Positions 37,653 to 47,126 of a stretch of 64,000 bases of DNA are shown here, one piece after another. Source of the DNA: Candidatus Ozemobacteraceae bacterium. GTDB taxonomy: Bacteria > Muiribacteriota > Ozemobacteria > Ozemobacterales > Ozemobacteraceae. Below the pieces are notes generated by a model. That model searched no databases. It saw only the letters and a list, made by a program, of their open reading frames with translations, and had not been told where the DNA came from. The stretch covers positions 416,001 through 480,000 of the forward strand of contig OZ223236.1 of NCBI GenBank assembly GCA_965140445.1, read 5' to 3'. How positions within the stretch are numbered: position 1 is the stretch's first letter; every line of letters begins with the position of its first letter. Position numbers and translations under genes: made by a program.

Positions 37653-40600
37653 TTATAAATCAAACTGAACTTTGTAATTAGAGCCGCTAAGACTAATCCA
37701 ACCGAGGTTTTCGCTCCAAGCGTAACCACTTATCTCACCATTTTCGAGGTTTATGGCTATTTCTGAATGGGAAGTGCCGAACTTAATCCAACCGGCGTTT
37801 TCGCTCCAGGCGTAGCCGGAAAGCTTCCCATCAGCAGCGACATTCACCCCCCAGTTCGTAGCACTGGTATTGGCATAAGGAACAACAGAAGAATCGTGGG
37901 CAAATTTGATCCAGCCAACGTTTTCGCTCCAGGCAAAGCCGGTTAAATAACCATTTTCACCAAGCTTAGCTGAAACTTTTCCGCTTGTATTTGAGAATGA
38001 AATCCATCCAGCATTTTCGCTCCAGGCATATTTGTTAGAGCTATTAACTTCTGCTGAAATTGCAGCGAAACTGGCAGTAAGTATTTTATCAGAAGTAATA
38101 TTGGTGTCGGTTCTGGAAGCTTCTGTTTTTCCGTCACTCCAGCTAATAAATTTGTATCCTGATGCCGGAGTTGCGGTTACTGCTGTTCCATCAGAATCAT
38201 AAGAAATTACCTGTGAAGAAGAACCTGTAATAGAACCATTACTTCCAGCCTGATAAACAAGATTAAACTTGTTTATTTCCCAGATTGAGAAAACGGTTTG
38301 AGTTGCAATAACTGCTGTTGAAGCTTCAAAGGCCGTGCCAGTTCCATCGGATTTGGAGTTCCAGCTCTTGAAAGAATAGCCAGTTCGGGTTGGTGCTGTT
38401 GGTAAGGTTCCAACATTTTCTCCGTAGACTACAAGTCGGGCAGTCGGACTCGCCTCTGTTGTTCCACCATTTTTATCAAAGCTGACAGTGCACTTCATTT
38501 GAGCCCATTTAGCAAATAGCTCAACATTCGCCGCAGGCATTTTAAAAGTTGCGTCAGCAGCATAATCAGTACCGCTAGCATCGTCTTTAGTGTTCCAGCC
38601 AATGAAGGCAAAACCGGTTTTAACCAGATTGCCCGAGTTCTGCTTAGCAGTTACATCAGCATTCTCAAGATAATTATTCGTATCAGCAGGAACATCGCCA
38701 CCAGTATTTCCGTTACCGTTATATGTCACTTTATAAGTGGCCTGAGCACTCCATTTAGCAAAGAGTTCAACATTAGCGGCAGGCATTTTAAAGATTGCAT
38801 CAGCGGCATAATCAGTGCCACTACCGTCAGATTTAGTGTTCCAGCCAGCGAAAGTGAAGCCGGTTTTAACCAGATTGCCCGAGTTCTGCTTAGCAGTTAC
38901 ATCAGCATTCTCAAGATAATTATTCGTATCAGCAGGAACATCGCCACCAGTATTTCCGTTACCGTTATATGTCACTTTATAAGTTGCCTGAGTACTCCAT
39001 TTAGCAAAGAGTTCAACATTAGCGGCAGGCATTTTAAAGGTTGCATCAGCCGCATAATCAGTGCCACTGCCGTCAGATTTAGTGTTCCAGCCAACAAAAG
39101 AGAAACCGGTTTTAACCAGATTACCTGAGTTTTGCTTAGCAGTTACATCAGCATTCTCAAGGTAATTATTCGTATCAGCAGGAACATCGCCACCAGTATT
39201 TCCGTTACCGCTATATGTAACTTTATAAGTTGCCTGAGCACTCCATTTAGCAAAGAGTTCAACATTAGCGGCAGGCATTTTAAAGGTTGCATCAGCGACA
39301 TAATCAGTACCACTGCCGTCAGATTTAGTGTTCCAGCCAACGAAAGAGAAACCGGTTTTAACCAGATTACCTGAGTTTTGCTTAGCAGTTACATCAGTAT
39401 TCTCAAGGTAGTTATTCGTATCAGCAGGCACTTCTCCGCCAGTATTTCCGTTACCGTTATATGTCACTTTATAAGTTGCCTGAGCACTCCATTTAGCAAA
39501 GAGTTCAACATTAGCGGCAGGCATTTTAAAGGTTGCATCAGCGGCATAATCAGTACCACTGCCGTCAGATTTAGTGTTCCAGCCAACGAAAGAGAAACCG
39601 GTTTTAACCAGATTACCTGAGTTTTGCTTAGCAGTTACATCAGTATTCTCAAGGTAGTTATTCGTATCAGCAGGCACTTCTCCGCCAGTATTTCCGTTAC
39701 CGTTATATGTAACTTTATAAGTTGCCTGAGCACTCCATTTAGCAAAGAGTTCAACATTAGCGGCAGGCATTTTAAAGGTTGCATCAGCGGCATAATCAGT
39801 ACCACTGCCGTCAGATTTAGTGTTCCAGCCAACGAAAGAGAAACCGGTTTTTTCAAGGCTATTTTCCTTAACTGTTACAGTGGCACCTTCGAGATAGACT
39901 GCGTTATCAACAGGAACTTCTCCGCCAGTATTGTCATTTCCGAAATAGGTAACAGAATATTTTGGCGTTCCTTTGATAAGAATAGGCAAAGCTGCATTAA
40001 CAGTTTTCCCCTCATTAGTAACTGAAACAGTAATTGTTGCTAAACCTGCATTTTCAGGAGCAGTCCAGACCCTTTCAATTTGAGTTGAACTTACATTTAT
40101 ATTCTGTCCCAGGCTGCCTTTGGAAGCAACCCACTCTATTTTTTCAGGATTCTCAGGAAAGAAAATAGCTCTTACTGTGCTGTTAGTGTTTGGCAAAACT
40201 CCATCTTCATTAGGTTTGACACTAACGTTGATCAGTGAAACCCTTGGCAAGAGTTCAACCCTGTCAGGAGTTGCAGGAACAAAAAATTCAACCTTCTGAG
40301 TCTGGCCGCCACTTCCAAAAGTAACCGGAAGTCTAACCTGTGATGGCAGGCCAAAATTAACTATGATTTCATTTATTGCATCTTCGATATTCTGAAAATC
40401 AGGTAATGGAGGGGTCTCAAAGCTTCCATCTTCCTGAACAGTAAATTCTTCGCCCCAAAGATATAATTTTGTTCCGGGAGGCAAATCAGAACCATCTTCG
40501 TTTTTTAAAGTTCCTTTAACTTTATTTTTAGCCTCAACCGCAACAAGGTCGCAGTTTTTATTTTCATTAGGATTAATTGTAGTGCTTATAGATCTGACTT

Positions 40601-40916
40601 TGAAAACAGTTGTCCCTTGTGAAAACCTCACAACAACTTTAAAAACACCTGCAGGAATACCAGATATAAGATATCTGCCAGCTGCATCAGTAAATGCAAA
40701 TAAATCCGGTCGCTGTTCAAGCCATACTTTTGCATGGGCTGCGGGAAGACCATTAGCACGCACAGATGGATTAGCCGATTGAGAAATCGTCCCGCTTATT
40801 GAAGAATTTCTACTAACAATAAAATTAGACTCATTATCGGATAATCCATTGCGACAACCAGCAAATGATAGGACCAGACAAAAAACTAATGCAAATACAA
40901 AGATACGAAGATGCAC
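37653..40916 (-). CDS. Lipoprotein with carboxypeptidase-regulatory-like domain, InlB B-repeats (Flg_new) and C-terminal AWSEN.GWI repeats
   Basis: Lipobox FAGC; Y.VTY.GNG.TGG...KTGFSFVGWNT...LFAKW repeats; AWSEN.GWI four times. Confidence 0.85.
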   Translation of the reverse strand: MHLRIFVFALVFCLVLSFAGCRNGLSDNESNFIVSRNSSISGTISQSANPSVRANGLPAAHAKVWLEQRPDLFAFTDAAGRYLISGIPAGVFKVVVRFSQGTTVFKVRSISTTINPNENKNCDLVAVEAKNKVKGTLKNEDGSDLPPGTKLYLWGEEFTVQEDGSFETPPLPDFQNIEDAINEIIVNFGLPSQVRLPVTFGSGGQTQKVEFFVPATPDRVELLPRVSLINVSVKPNEDGVLPNTNSTVRAIFFPENPEKIEWVASKGSLGQNINVSSTQIERVWTAPENAGLATITVSVTNEGKTVNAALPILIKGTPKYSVTYFGNDNTGGEVPVDNAVYLEGATVTVKENSLEKTGFSFVGWNTKSDGSGTDYAADATFKMPAANVELFAKWSAQATYKVTYNGNGNTGGEVPADTNNYLENTDVTAKQNSGNLVKTGFSFVGWNTKSDGSGTDYAADATFKMPAANVELFAKWSAQATYKVTYNGNGNTGGEVPADTNNYLENTDVTAKQNSGNLVKTGFSFVGWNTKSDGSGTDYVADATFKMPAANVELFAKWSAQATYKVTYSGNGNTGGDVPADTNNYLENADVTAKQNSGNLVKTGFSFVGWNTKSDGSGTDYAADATFKMPAANVELFAKWSTQATYKVTYNGNGNTGGDVPADTNNYLENADVTAKQNSGNLVKTGFTFAGWNTKSDGSGTDYAADAIFKMPAANVELFAKWSAQATYKVTYNGNGNTGGDVPADTNNYLENADVTAKQNSGNLVKTGFAFIGWNTKDDASGTDYAADATFKMPAANVELFAKWAQMKCTVSFDKNGGTTEASPTARLVVYGENVGTLPTAPTRTGYSFKSWNSKSDGTGTAFEASTAVIATQTVFSIWEINKFNLVYQAGSNGSITGSSSQVISYDSDGTAVTATPASGYKFISWSDGKTEASRTDTNITSDKILTASFAAISAEVNSSNKYAWSENAGWISFSNTSGKVSAKLGENGYLTGFAWSENVGWIKFAHDSSVVPYANTSATNWGVNVAADGKLSGYAWSENAGWIKFGTSHSEIAINLENGEISGYAWSENLGWISLSGSNYKVQFDL
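38505..39955. repeat. Intragenic 246-bp tandem repeat (5 near-identical units plus 1 diverged unit)
   Basis: ccatttagcaaa recurs at 38505, 38751, 38997, 39243, 39489 and 39735. Confidence 0.95.
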
Positions 40917-41096
40917 TTAACCCTCTCTCCTTAGAAAAATATCGTATGGTATGATAGTGTATCATTAAAAAAAAAAATTTGTATATTACACAGTTGGGGA
41001 GTTTTTAGAAAATACATTAATAATAGCTTATTTTCCTTTAAGAAACTGTTTCAACAAAACTCGGTTTGCTCATTTGTCTGTTTCTAATTATGGGGA

Positions 41097-41345
41097 CACC
41101 AGACTCTCGGCCATCGTGGGCTTTTGAACAGGATGTTCTATATGCCGCGGAAATCAGGAGGATTGGGAGCGGCGCGCTGTGTTGCTACATAACTTAAGTA
41201 GATTTTTTGGTGATGAACGGCTAGAAGATAATAGGGGCTTTTGACACGACTCTCGCGCATCGTGCGCTCCGCTGTGTTGCTACCTCCTGGGGCACCAGAC
41301 TCTCGGCCATCGTGGCCTTCGCTTAGGTTGCTACCTCCTGTAGCA
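41097..41345. repeat. REP/BIME-like mosaic cluster A
   Basis: Units gactctc-ggccatcgtggcc / gcgcatcgtgcgc...gttgctac and gaacaggatgttc hairpins; repeated at 43809-44050. Confidence 0.75.
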
Positions 41346-41535
41346 AAAAAAAAATCCGGGCTCATAAAAATGACCCGGACTGAAAAATAAGGAGGCAAAC
41401 AAATCCATAAACAGTTTCGACCGAAGATGATGTTTTGTTAACCTTTATTTTTCAGGCTTTGAGAGACATTAACAAACAAAAGTAAACAATGAGAAACAAA
41501 CTTCAGCGCCTGTACGTACAAACAAATAGAAAAAT
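41328..41535 (-). ncRNA. Dispersed structured element, copy 4
   Basis: Core 41356-41460; palindrome TGTACGTACA at 41511-41520. Confidence 0.5.
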
Positions 41536-41590
41536 TATTCAAAAATTTTGAAAAACTTGAGTTGGAATACAAATAAATAGATTTTCTCTA

Positions 41591-41649
41591 TTTACATTCG
41601 CCTTTTGTTCGCTTACAATTTCTATATAATGAGCGAACAAATAGCGAAT
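41591..41649 (+). promoter_or_regulatory. Sigma70-like promoter (TTTACA-N17-TACAAT) overlapped by an 18-bp inverted-repeat operator
   Basis: -35 at 41591-41596, -10 at 41614-41619; arms 41596-41613 and 41632-41649 match at 16/18 positions. Confidence 0.65.
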
Positions 41650-43038
41650 AAAATAAGTATTGTTTCCAGGCCGAATCACGAAAAACTGTCTGGGCTTGCA
41701 GATAAGCTCAGAATTCTTTCGGATGCGGCAAAGTATGATGCTTCCTGTGCTTCAAGTGGAAGCAGTAGAAAAAAACAACCAGGAAGCATTGGCAGTGTTG
41801 CTGCCAGCGGAATTTGCCATAGTTGGGCTGCTGATGGGCGATGTGTTTCATTGTTAAAGGTTCTCTTTACCAACTTTTGTGTTTATGACTGCGCTTATTG
41901 CCTTAACAGAAGTAGCAATGATATTGAAAGGGCTGCATTTACTCCAACTGAGCTGGCTGAGTTAACAATTTCTTTTTATCGCAGAAATTACATTGAAGGG
42001 CTGTTTTTGAGTTCAGGGATTATTAAAAATCCTGATTACACCATGGAGCTATTGATAAGGTGCATTAGGCTCCTACGCGAAGAACATAATTTTGGTGGAT
42101 ACATACATCTCAAAGCAATTCCGGGAGCAGATCAGGAGCTGATTTTTCAGGCTGGAAACCTGGTTGATCGAATGAGCGTTAATTTGGAGCTTCCCAGCCA
42201 GTCCAGTTTAAGCATTCTCGCCCCAGAAAAATCAAAAGAAAACATTCTGACCCCCATGAAAAAGATTCGAGACTGGCATATCGAATATAATCCACAAACA
42301 ACCAGAAGACCTTTACTTACCACATCTAATACTGGTTCGGTTATTCTCCCACAGCAAAAAGCCATATCCTCTTCAAAGAATTTTATTCCGGGGGGACAAA
42401 GCACTCAGCTAATAATTGGCGCATCCCCGGAAGATGATCGCCAGGTCCTGACTCTGTCAGAAAGCCTGTACAAAAAAATGAAGCTAAAGCGGGTTTACTA
42501 TTCTGCATATATTCCAGTAAATCAGGATCGGCGACTACCCTCCACTGATGAAGTTCCTCTACTAAGAGAACATAGGCTGTATCAAGCTGATTGGCTATTA
42601 AGGTTTTATAGTTTTTCAGTAGAAGAGCTCTTTGAAAACGGTCCACCAAACCTTGATACAGATTTTGATCCAAAAGTAATGTGGGCTTTAAGGCATCCAG
42701 AATTGTTTCCTATTGATGTTAACCGTGCAGATCTTGAAACTCTGTTACGTGTTCCGGGGCTTGGTTTAATATCTGCAAGACGCATTATCCAGACCAGGCG
42801 GGTAAGTCCTTTAAAATATGAAGACCTTCCAAAACTTGGACTGGTAATGAAACGCGCTCGGTTCTTTTTGTCCGCGCCCGGTTATGAAAAAGGTGTTCTG
42901 GGTCTTGATCCAACTGTCTTGCGTCAAAGGCTCCTGAGAGTTGAACCGCAAGTTCTAAAGCCACAGCAGCTTTCGTTTAATGATCTACCTGGTTTTCAAC
43001 CTGACATTTTTAGAGATGCAGTAATGGGGCAATTTTAA
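41629..43038 (+). CDS. Putative DNA modification/repair radical SAM protein (TIGR03916-type) with HhH; likely start ATG 41629
   Basis: AAKYDASCASSG, GICHSW..DGRCVSLLK, CVYDCAYC, REHRLYQADWL, LLRVPGLG. Confidence 0.92.
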   Translation: MSEQIANKISIVSRPNHEKLSGLADKLRILSDAAKYDASCASSGSSRKKQPGSIGSVAASGICHSWAADGRCVSLLKVLFTNFCVYDCAYCLNRSSNDIERAAFTPTELAELTISFYRRNYIEGLFLSSGIIKNPDYTMELLIRCIRLLREEHNFGGYIHLKAIPGADQELIFQAGNLVDRMSVNLELPSQSSLSILAPEKSKENILTPMKKIRDWHIEYNPQTTRRPLLTTSNTGSVILPQQKAISSSKNFIPGGQSTQLIIGASPEDDRQVLTLSESLYKKMKLKRVYYSAYIPVNQDRRLPSTDEVPLLREHRLYQADWLLRFYSFSVEELFENGPPNLDTDFDPKVMWALRHPELFPIDVNRADLETLLRVPGLGLISARRIIQTRRVSPLKYEDLPKLGLVMKRARFFLSAPGYEKGVLGLDPTVLRQRLLRVEPQVLKPQQLSFNDLPGFQPDIFRDAVMGQF

Positions 43039-43796
43039 TGGAAATTCTTCGATACGATGGTTCTTTTTATAGTTTTATCTGCAATCTAACAGGCTTTCTA
43101 AAGAAAAAGCAGCTTCCAGATGGAATAGAGCGTGAAAATACCCGGCAACCATCACTTTTTACTCTGGAGGAAGATCAACAGACATCAACTACAAGCCTTA
43201 GCGAGTCTATTAGTTATGATCCGGAGGTGTTCAGAATTCCTGGAATTAGCCGGGAAACATGGAATAATGCATGGCATGCTTTCCTTTCTGAAAATACAAA
43301 TATTGAAATGGAAATTGCTCAATATCTGCTTCTTGCACTAGAAAAGCGACATAAAGTAGATTTATTTTTAACAGATCCGCGAGTAAATAAAATTCAGCGC
43401 ATTGCCCGGCGTGTTCTTTCTGAAAGACACAGATTCATGGGCCTTTTGCGATTTCGTACCGTTGGTGAAAATCTGTATTATGCTTCAATTCGTCCCGATA
43501 ACTTTATTCTGCCAATAATAGCTCCTTTTTTTGTCGAACGCTTCTCTGACCAGAATTGGATCATTCACGATCAAAAGCGGGAACTGGCCGCCATATATAA
43601 TCTCAAAACATGGACCATTGCAGAACGTAACGCTATCGACCTTCCCAAAACTTCTCAAGAAGAAAAAGAAATCCAAAACCTATGGCAATGCTTTTTTGAT
43701 AGCATTGCCATCAAAGAGCGGCTTAATCTAGCTCTGCAACAAAAGTTTATCCCCAAAAAATACCAGCAAGATCTGATAGAGAAGCTAGGAAGCTAA
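43038..43796 (+). CDS. TIGR03915/DUF4130 putative DNA-metabolism protein
   Basis: YDGSF, E.HRFMGLLRF, FF..RFSDQNWIIHD..R, LW..FF.SI.I.ER.N; overlaps the rSAM stop codon. Confidence 0.9.
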   Translation: MEILRYDGSFYSFICNLTGFLKKKQLPDGIERENTRQPSLFTLEEDQQTSTTSLSESISYDPEVFRIPGISRETWNNAWHAFLSENTNIEMEIAQYLLLALEKRHKVDLFLTDPRVNKIQRIARRVLSERHRFMGLLRFRTVGENLYYASIRPDNFILPIIAPFFVERFSDQNWIIHDQKRELAAIYNLKTWTIAERNAIDLPKTSQEEKEIQNLWQCFFDSIAIKERLNLALQQKFIPKKYQQDLIEKLGS

Positions 43797-43808
43797 TGCA
43801 ACTCACAA

Positions 43809-44050
43809 CCATCGTGGCCTTTTGAACAGGATGTTCTATATGCCGCGGAAATCAGGAGGATTGGGAGCGGCGCGCTGGGTTGCTACACCCTAAGGCACCA
43901 GACTCTCGGCCATCGTGGCCTTTTGAACAGGATGTTCTATATGCCGCGAAAATCAGGATGATTGGGAGCGGCGCGCTTAGGTTGCTACCTCCATGGGCAT
44001 CACGACTCTCGCGCATCGTGCGCTCCGCTGTGTTGCCCCATCCATGGGGC
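43809..44050. repeat. REP/BIME-like mosaic cluster B
   Basis: Same units as 41097-41345, with the long unit duplicated in tandem. Confidence 0.75.
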
Positions 44051-44245
44051 AAAAAAAAATCCGGGCTCATAAAAATGACCCGGACTGAAAAATAAGGAGG
44101 CAAACAAATCCATAAACAGTTTCGACCGAAGATGATGTTTTGTTAACCTTTATTTTTCAGGCTTTGAGAGGCATTAATAAACAAAAACAAACAATTACAA
44201 ACAAACTTAATCTGAGGTACGTACCAGCGGATTAAAACTTTTTTA
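44033..44245 (-). ncRNA. Dispersed structured element, copy 5
   Basis: Core 44061-44165; palindrome GGTACGTACC at 44216-44225. Confidence 0.5.
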
Positions 44246-44317
44246 AGTTTTTTTTTCGGGCTTTAAATCAAATCCCCACACACAATGATTAGATAAGCTT
44301 CTGAGCTATTTTTAATT

Positions 44318-46984
44318 CTAATAAGAGACAATCTCTATTGGCAAAAATAAGCGCATTATTCTTACATTATTGGTGAACCAAAGATATCTTTGGTCAAACA
44401 TCAAAGAACTAACCCCTGGTCGGCTGAACCGCTCCCATATTTTACCGTCCCAAAGATTGATTGCCCCAGTATTTGTTCCAGCCAGTTTAGCCCTCAATCT
44501 GTAAGGATTCCTTGTTTCACAAAACAACGCGGGTGAAATATCACCATTTCTAGAATTGCCATCTGGATCGTAATCCTTGTTATATGCCACGGCAATAATA
44601 AACGGGTAATCAGCATCGTCTGGAGCTGCAGCAATAGCGGTGATTCTATCAGAATGAAACCCACACTCGGCAGTTAAGATGTCCTTAATTTTTAAATCCG
44701 GCTCAACATAAAGAAGCCCGCTCAAAGCACCAACCCAAAGCCGATTGAACTTATCAACCGCCATACATGTGTAACGCCTTTTTGGAACTGGAATCTTTAC
44801 GAGGGATTCTCCATCAAAAATGGACAAGCTCTGCTCATGAAGTATGGCAACCCTGTTTCCATGAATTGTTTTCCATAAAGCTACTGATTTAACTGAACAG
44901 GGTGATGTCAAATCATCCTCTTTTGTGTCCATATCTATTCTTTTCCAGCTGGCAGGAGTAATGTCTTCAGGTTCAAGGCAATGCGACTTTTCCAGCATAT
45001 AAAGTCCGGAAGATTTGGTTCCAAAATACATACATGAACCAATTCTTTTGACGCAAAGAATTTCTTCGTATTTGGCCCAGGGAAGCTGTCCTTCGCTGAT
45101 TTCTACCCATTCATCACTAAAGTCCTGTTTTGCATTTACAGAGCTATCGAGCATAAACAGCTTATTTTCATCAAATACGGCCCAGACTCTTTCATCAAAA
45201 TCCACATCGAAATCCACAATTTCTACGGATGGAATGGGATGAAAAGGGCATGGCCGGTTCTGGCTGGCAATAGAAAACAATTGTCTTCCTTCTTTATCAA
45301 ACAATCCAGCTTTGGTTTTGATCACGATTACAGGAGGATAATTAATAGTATTAGAAGCAACTTCAATGGTTTCTGCGATCTGTTCTGCCGTAACGTCCTC
45401 AAAATTTTCTGCCTCTATAACAAGCTGATTTAATGGACCGCAAAGAGTTTTCATATCAAGAGAAGAATAGATCTCATCCAGTTTGGCAGTCATGAAATCC
45501 AGAGGCTGCTCTTTACAATAATGATGCCATGTACATTCCCCATCTTTAAATTCGGGTTTTTCTAAGGCTGTCGAATTGTCCTCAAGCAAAGTATTAGTCT
45601 GAGGATCATTTTTGGGGCTTTCGTATCTCCCGGCAAGCTTATAATTTACCTGCATAGTCCCCAATAATGGGGAAGAGGGAAACACATAACGGGATATTCC
45701 CTTTTCATGTGAAACCCACATATCTTTTCCACGCAATATCTTCTTGTAGGAAATGAAAGGCTCAATTGGATAACATTTATGAGAGGGATAACCATAAACT
45801 CTGGGGCCCCAAAAACTCATAAAAGGCCAGAAAGTCTTGGCGAAAAAGGGAGTTGTCCCCTTAAATTCAAACTCATCATATTGCGAGTAGTCTTCAATTC
45901 CAAACATGGTGAGGCCAGCATCACTTAAAACAGCAATCTTTCGTGCCCCTGGAAGAAAGTAAACCTTATTAATTGTATCCGACGGAAGAGCACTATTGAG
46001 GCTGGTAAAATTATACCAACGCCCCTCATCAAACTTCCATAGGCCCTTTCCCTTAGTACCAACGTAAAGAATTCTTGTTCCGAGCAGCTCATCCAAAACT
46101 CTGTCTTCCTTCTTTACTTTATACTTAACCACATCTCTTTCTTCATCAGGACAGGTGGTTAAGCAGCTTATCCAAGTGTCTTTTTCAGGAAGCTGTGCTT
46201 TGCCAATCATTCTAAGATTTTTAATTAACCCCATGTGATTCTGGGTGACAGCAATAATGCACTCTCCACCAGACTTTGTAAAAGACCAAAAATCATTAAC
46301 CCAATCAGAGAACAATTCGCCTTCATTCAGAATATCGTTTCCGTTATCAGCCCGAACCAGCCCTTTACCCTTAGTTGAATAAATGCCACCTCCAGGATAA
46401 TCCATCGCCAGTGCAGTAATCCCAATAGAAACAATTTTATTTGTCTCGGTTTTACCTATGTTCATTGAATCCACAACCGAAAAACTCACACCAGCTGCTT
46501 TATGAAAGATATTTGTTTTGTAAATCCAACCGCCAAAACAACCAACATAAAGGGTGTTTCCAACCACCTGTAAAACTTCGGTGTCGACTGTTGCCAGGCC
46601 ACTATCTATACCATAATAGCTAACTACAGGCGGCTCTTCGGGAAATTTTTCAAGTTCGACGCAGAAAATACCAGATGAGGTCGCAGCCCAGAGATTCCCA
46701 TATTCATCAAAGTCCATAGACCTGATTGCGAGCCCAGCCATTTTTTCAGAATAATCATTTACCTTCTTCCATCTGCTATCTCCGTCACAAAACAGTCCTA
46801 TTCCATTGTCCGACCCCACTGCCATAACGCCCTTCTTAATGGCAAGACAAGTCAGGTTATTGCTGGGAAGACCAGAACGTGTATTCCAGGTAAGCCATGT
46901 TTGACCGGCAAAAGATGTCTGCGCAAAAAAAATTAGTGCTAACAAAAGCAGATTTATAAAGGTTATGCGTTTTTTAAGAAACAA
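44318..46984 (-). CDS. Secreted beta-propeller protein (two-component-regulator-propeller-like repeats)
   Basis: GLPSN.LT.LA, DEYGNLWAAT..GI, NSALPSD.I, DKFNRLWVG...GL. Confidence 0.7.
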   Translation of the reverse strand: MFLKKRITFINLLLLALIFFAQTSFAGQTWLTWNTRSGLPSNNLTCLAIKKGVMAVGSDNGIGLFCDGDSRWKKVNDYSEKMAGLAIRSMDFDEYGNLWAATSSGIFCVELEKFPEEPPVVSYYGIDSGLATVDTEVLQVVGNTLYVGCFGGWIYKTNIFHKAAGVSFSVVDSMNIGKTETNKIVSIGITALAMDYPGGGIYSTKGKGLVRADNGNDILNEGELFSDWVNDFWSFTKSGGECIIAVTQNHMGLIKNLRMIGKAQLPEKDTWISCLTTCPDEERDVVKYKVKKEDRVLDELLGTRILYVGTKGKGLWKFDEGRWYNFTSLNSALPSDTINKVYFLPGARKIAVLSDAGLTMFGIEDYSQYDEFEFKGTTPFFAKTFWPFMSFWGPRVYGYPSHKCYPIEPFISYKKILRGKDMWVSHEKGISRYVFPSSPLLGTMQVNYKLAGRYESPKNDPQTNTLLEDNSTALEKPEFKDGECTWHHYCKEQPLDFMTAKLDEIYSSLDMKTLCGPLNQLVIEAENFEDVTAEQIAETIEVASNTINYPPVIVIKTKAGLFDKEGRQLFSIASQNRPCPFHPIPSVEIVDFDVDFDERVWAVFDENKLFMLDSSVNAKQDFSDEWVEISEGQLPWAKYEEILCVKRIGSCMYFGTKSSGLYMLEKSHCLEPEDITPASWKRIDMDTKEDDLTSPCSVKSVALWKTIHGNRVAILHEQSLSIFDGESLVKIPVPKRRYTCMAVDKFNRLWVGALSGLLYVEPDLKIKDILTAECGFHSDRITAIAAAPDDADYPFIIAVAYNKDYDPDGNSRNGDISPALFCETRNPYRLRAKLAGTNTGAINLWDGKIWERFSRPGVSSLMFDQRYLWFTNNVRIMRLFLPIEIVSY

Positions 46985-47126
46985 AATACTAAATCCCTCT
47001 TACTTGTTTTTTTTAATGATACCCTAATAATAGAAGAACCAAAAGAAACTGCTTTTAACTAAAGCCTTACGATTCCGGCCTAAAGTGTTATAATTTTCGA
47101 GACAAAAATAATTCGCGGGGAAAGTA

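Noticed and set aside
41097..44050. CRISPR array interpretation of the GC-rich repeats
   Set aside because: No regular repeat-spacer periodicity, no unique spacers and no cas genes
41138..44103. ORF-track calls 41138-41398, 43852-44103 and 43880-44095
   Set aside because: They are translations of the repeat clusters and diverge in frame between copies
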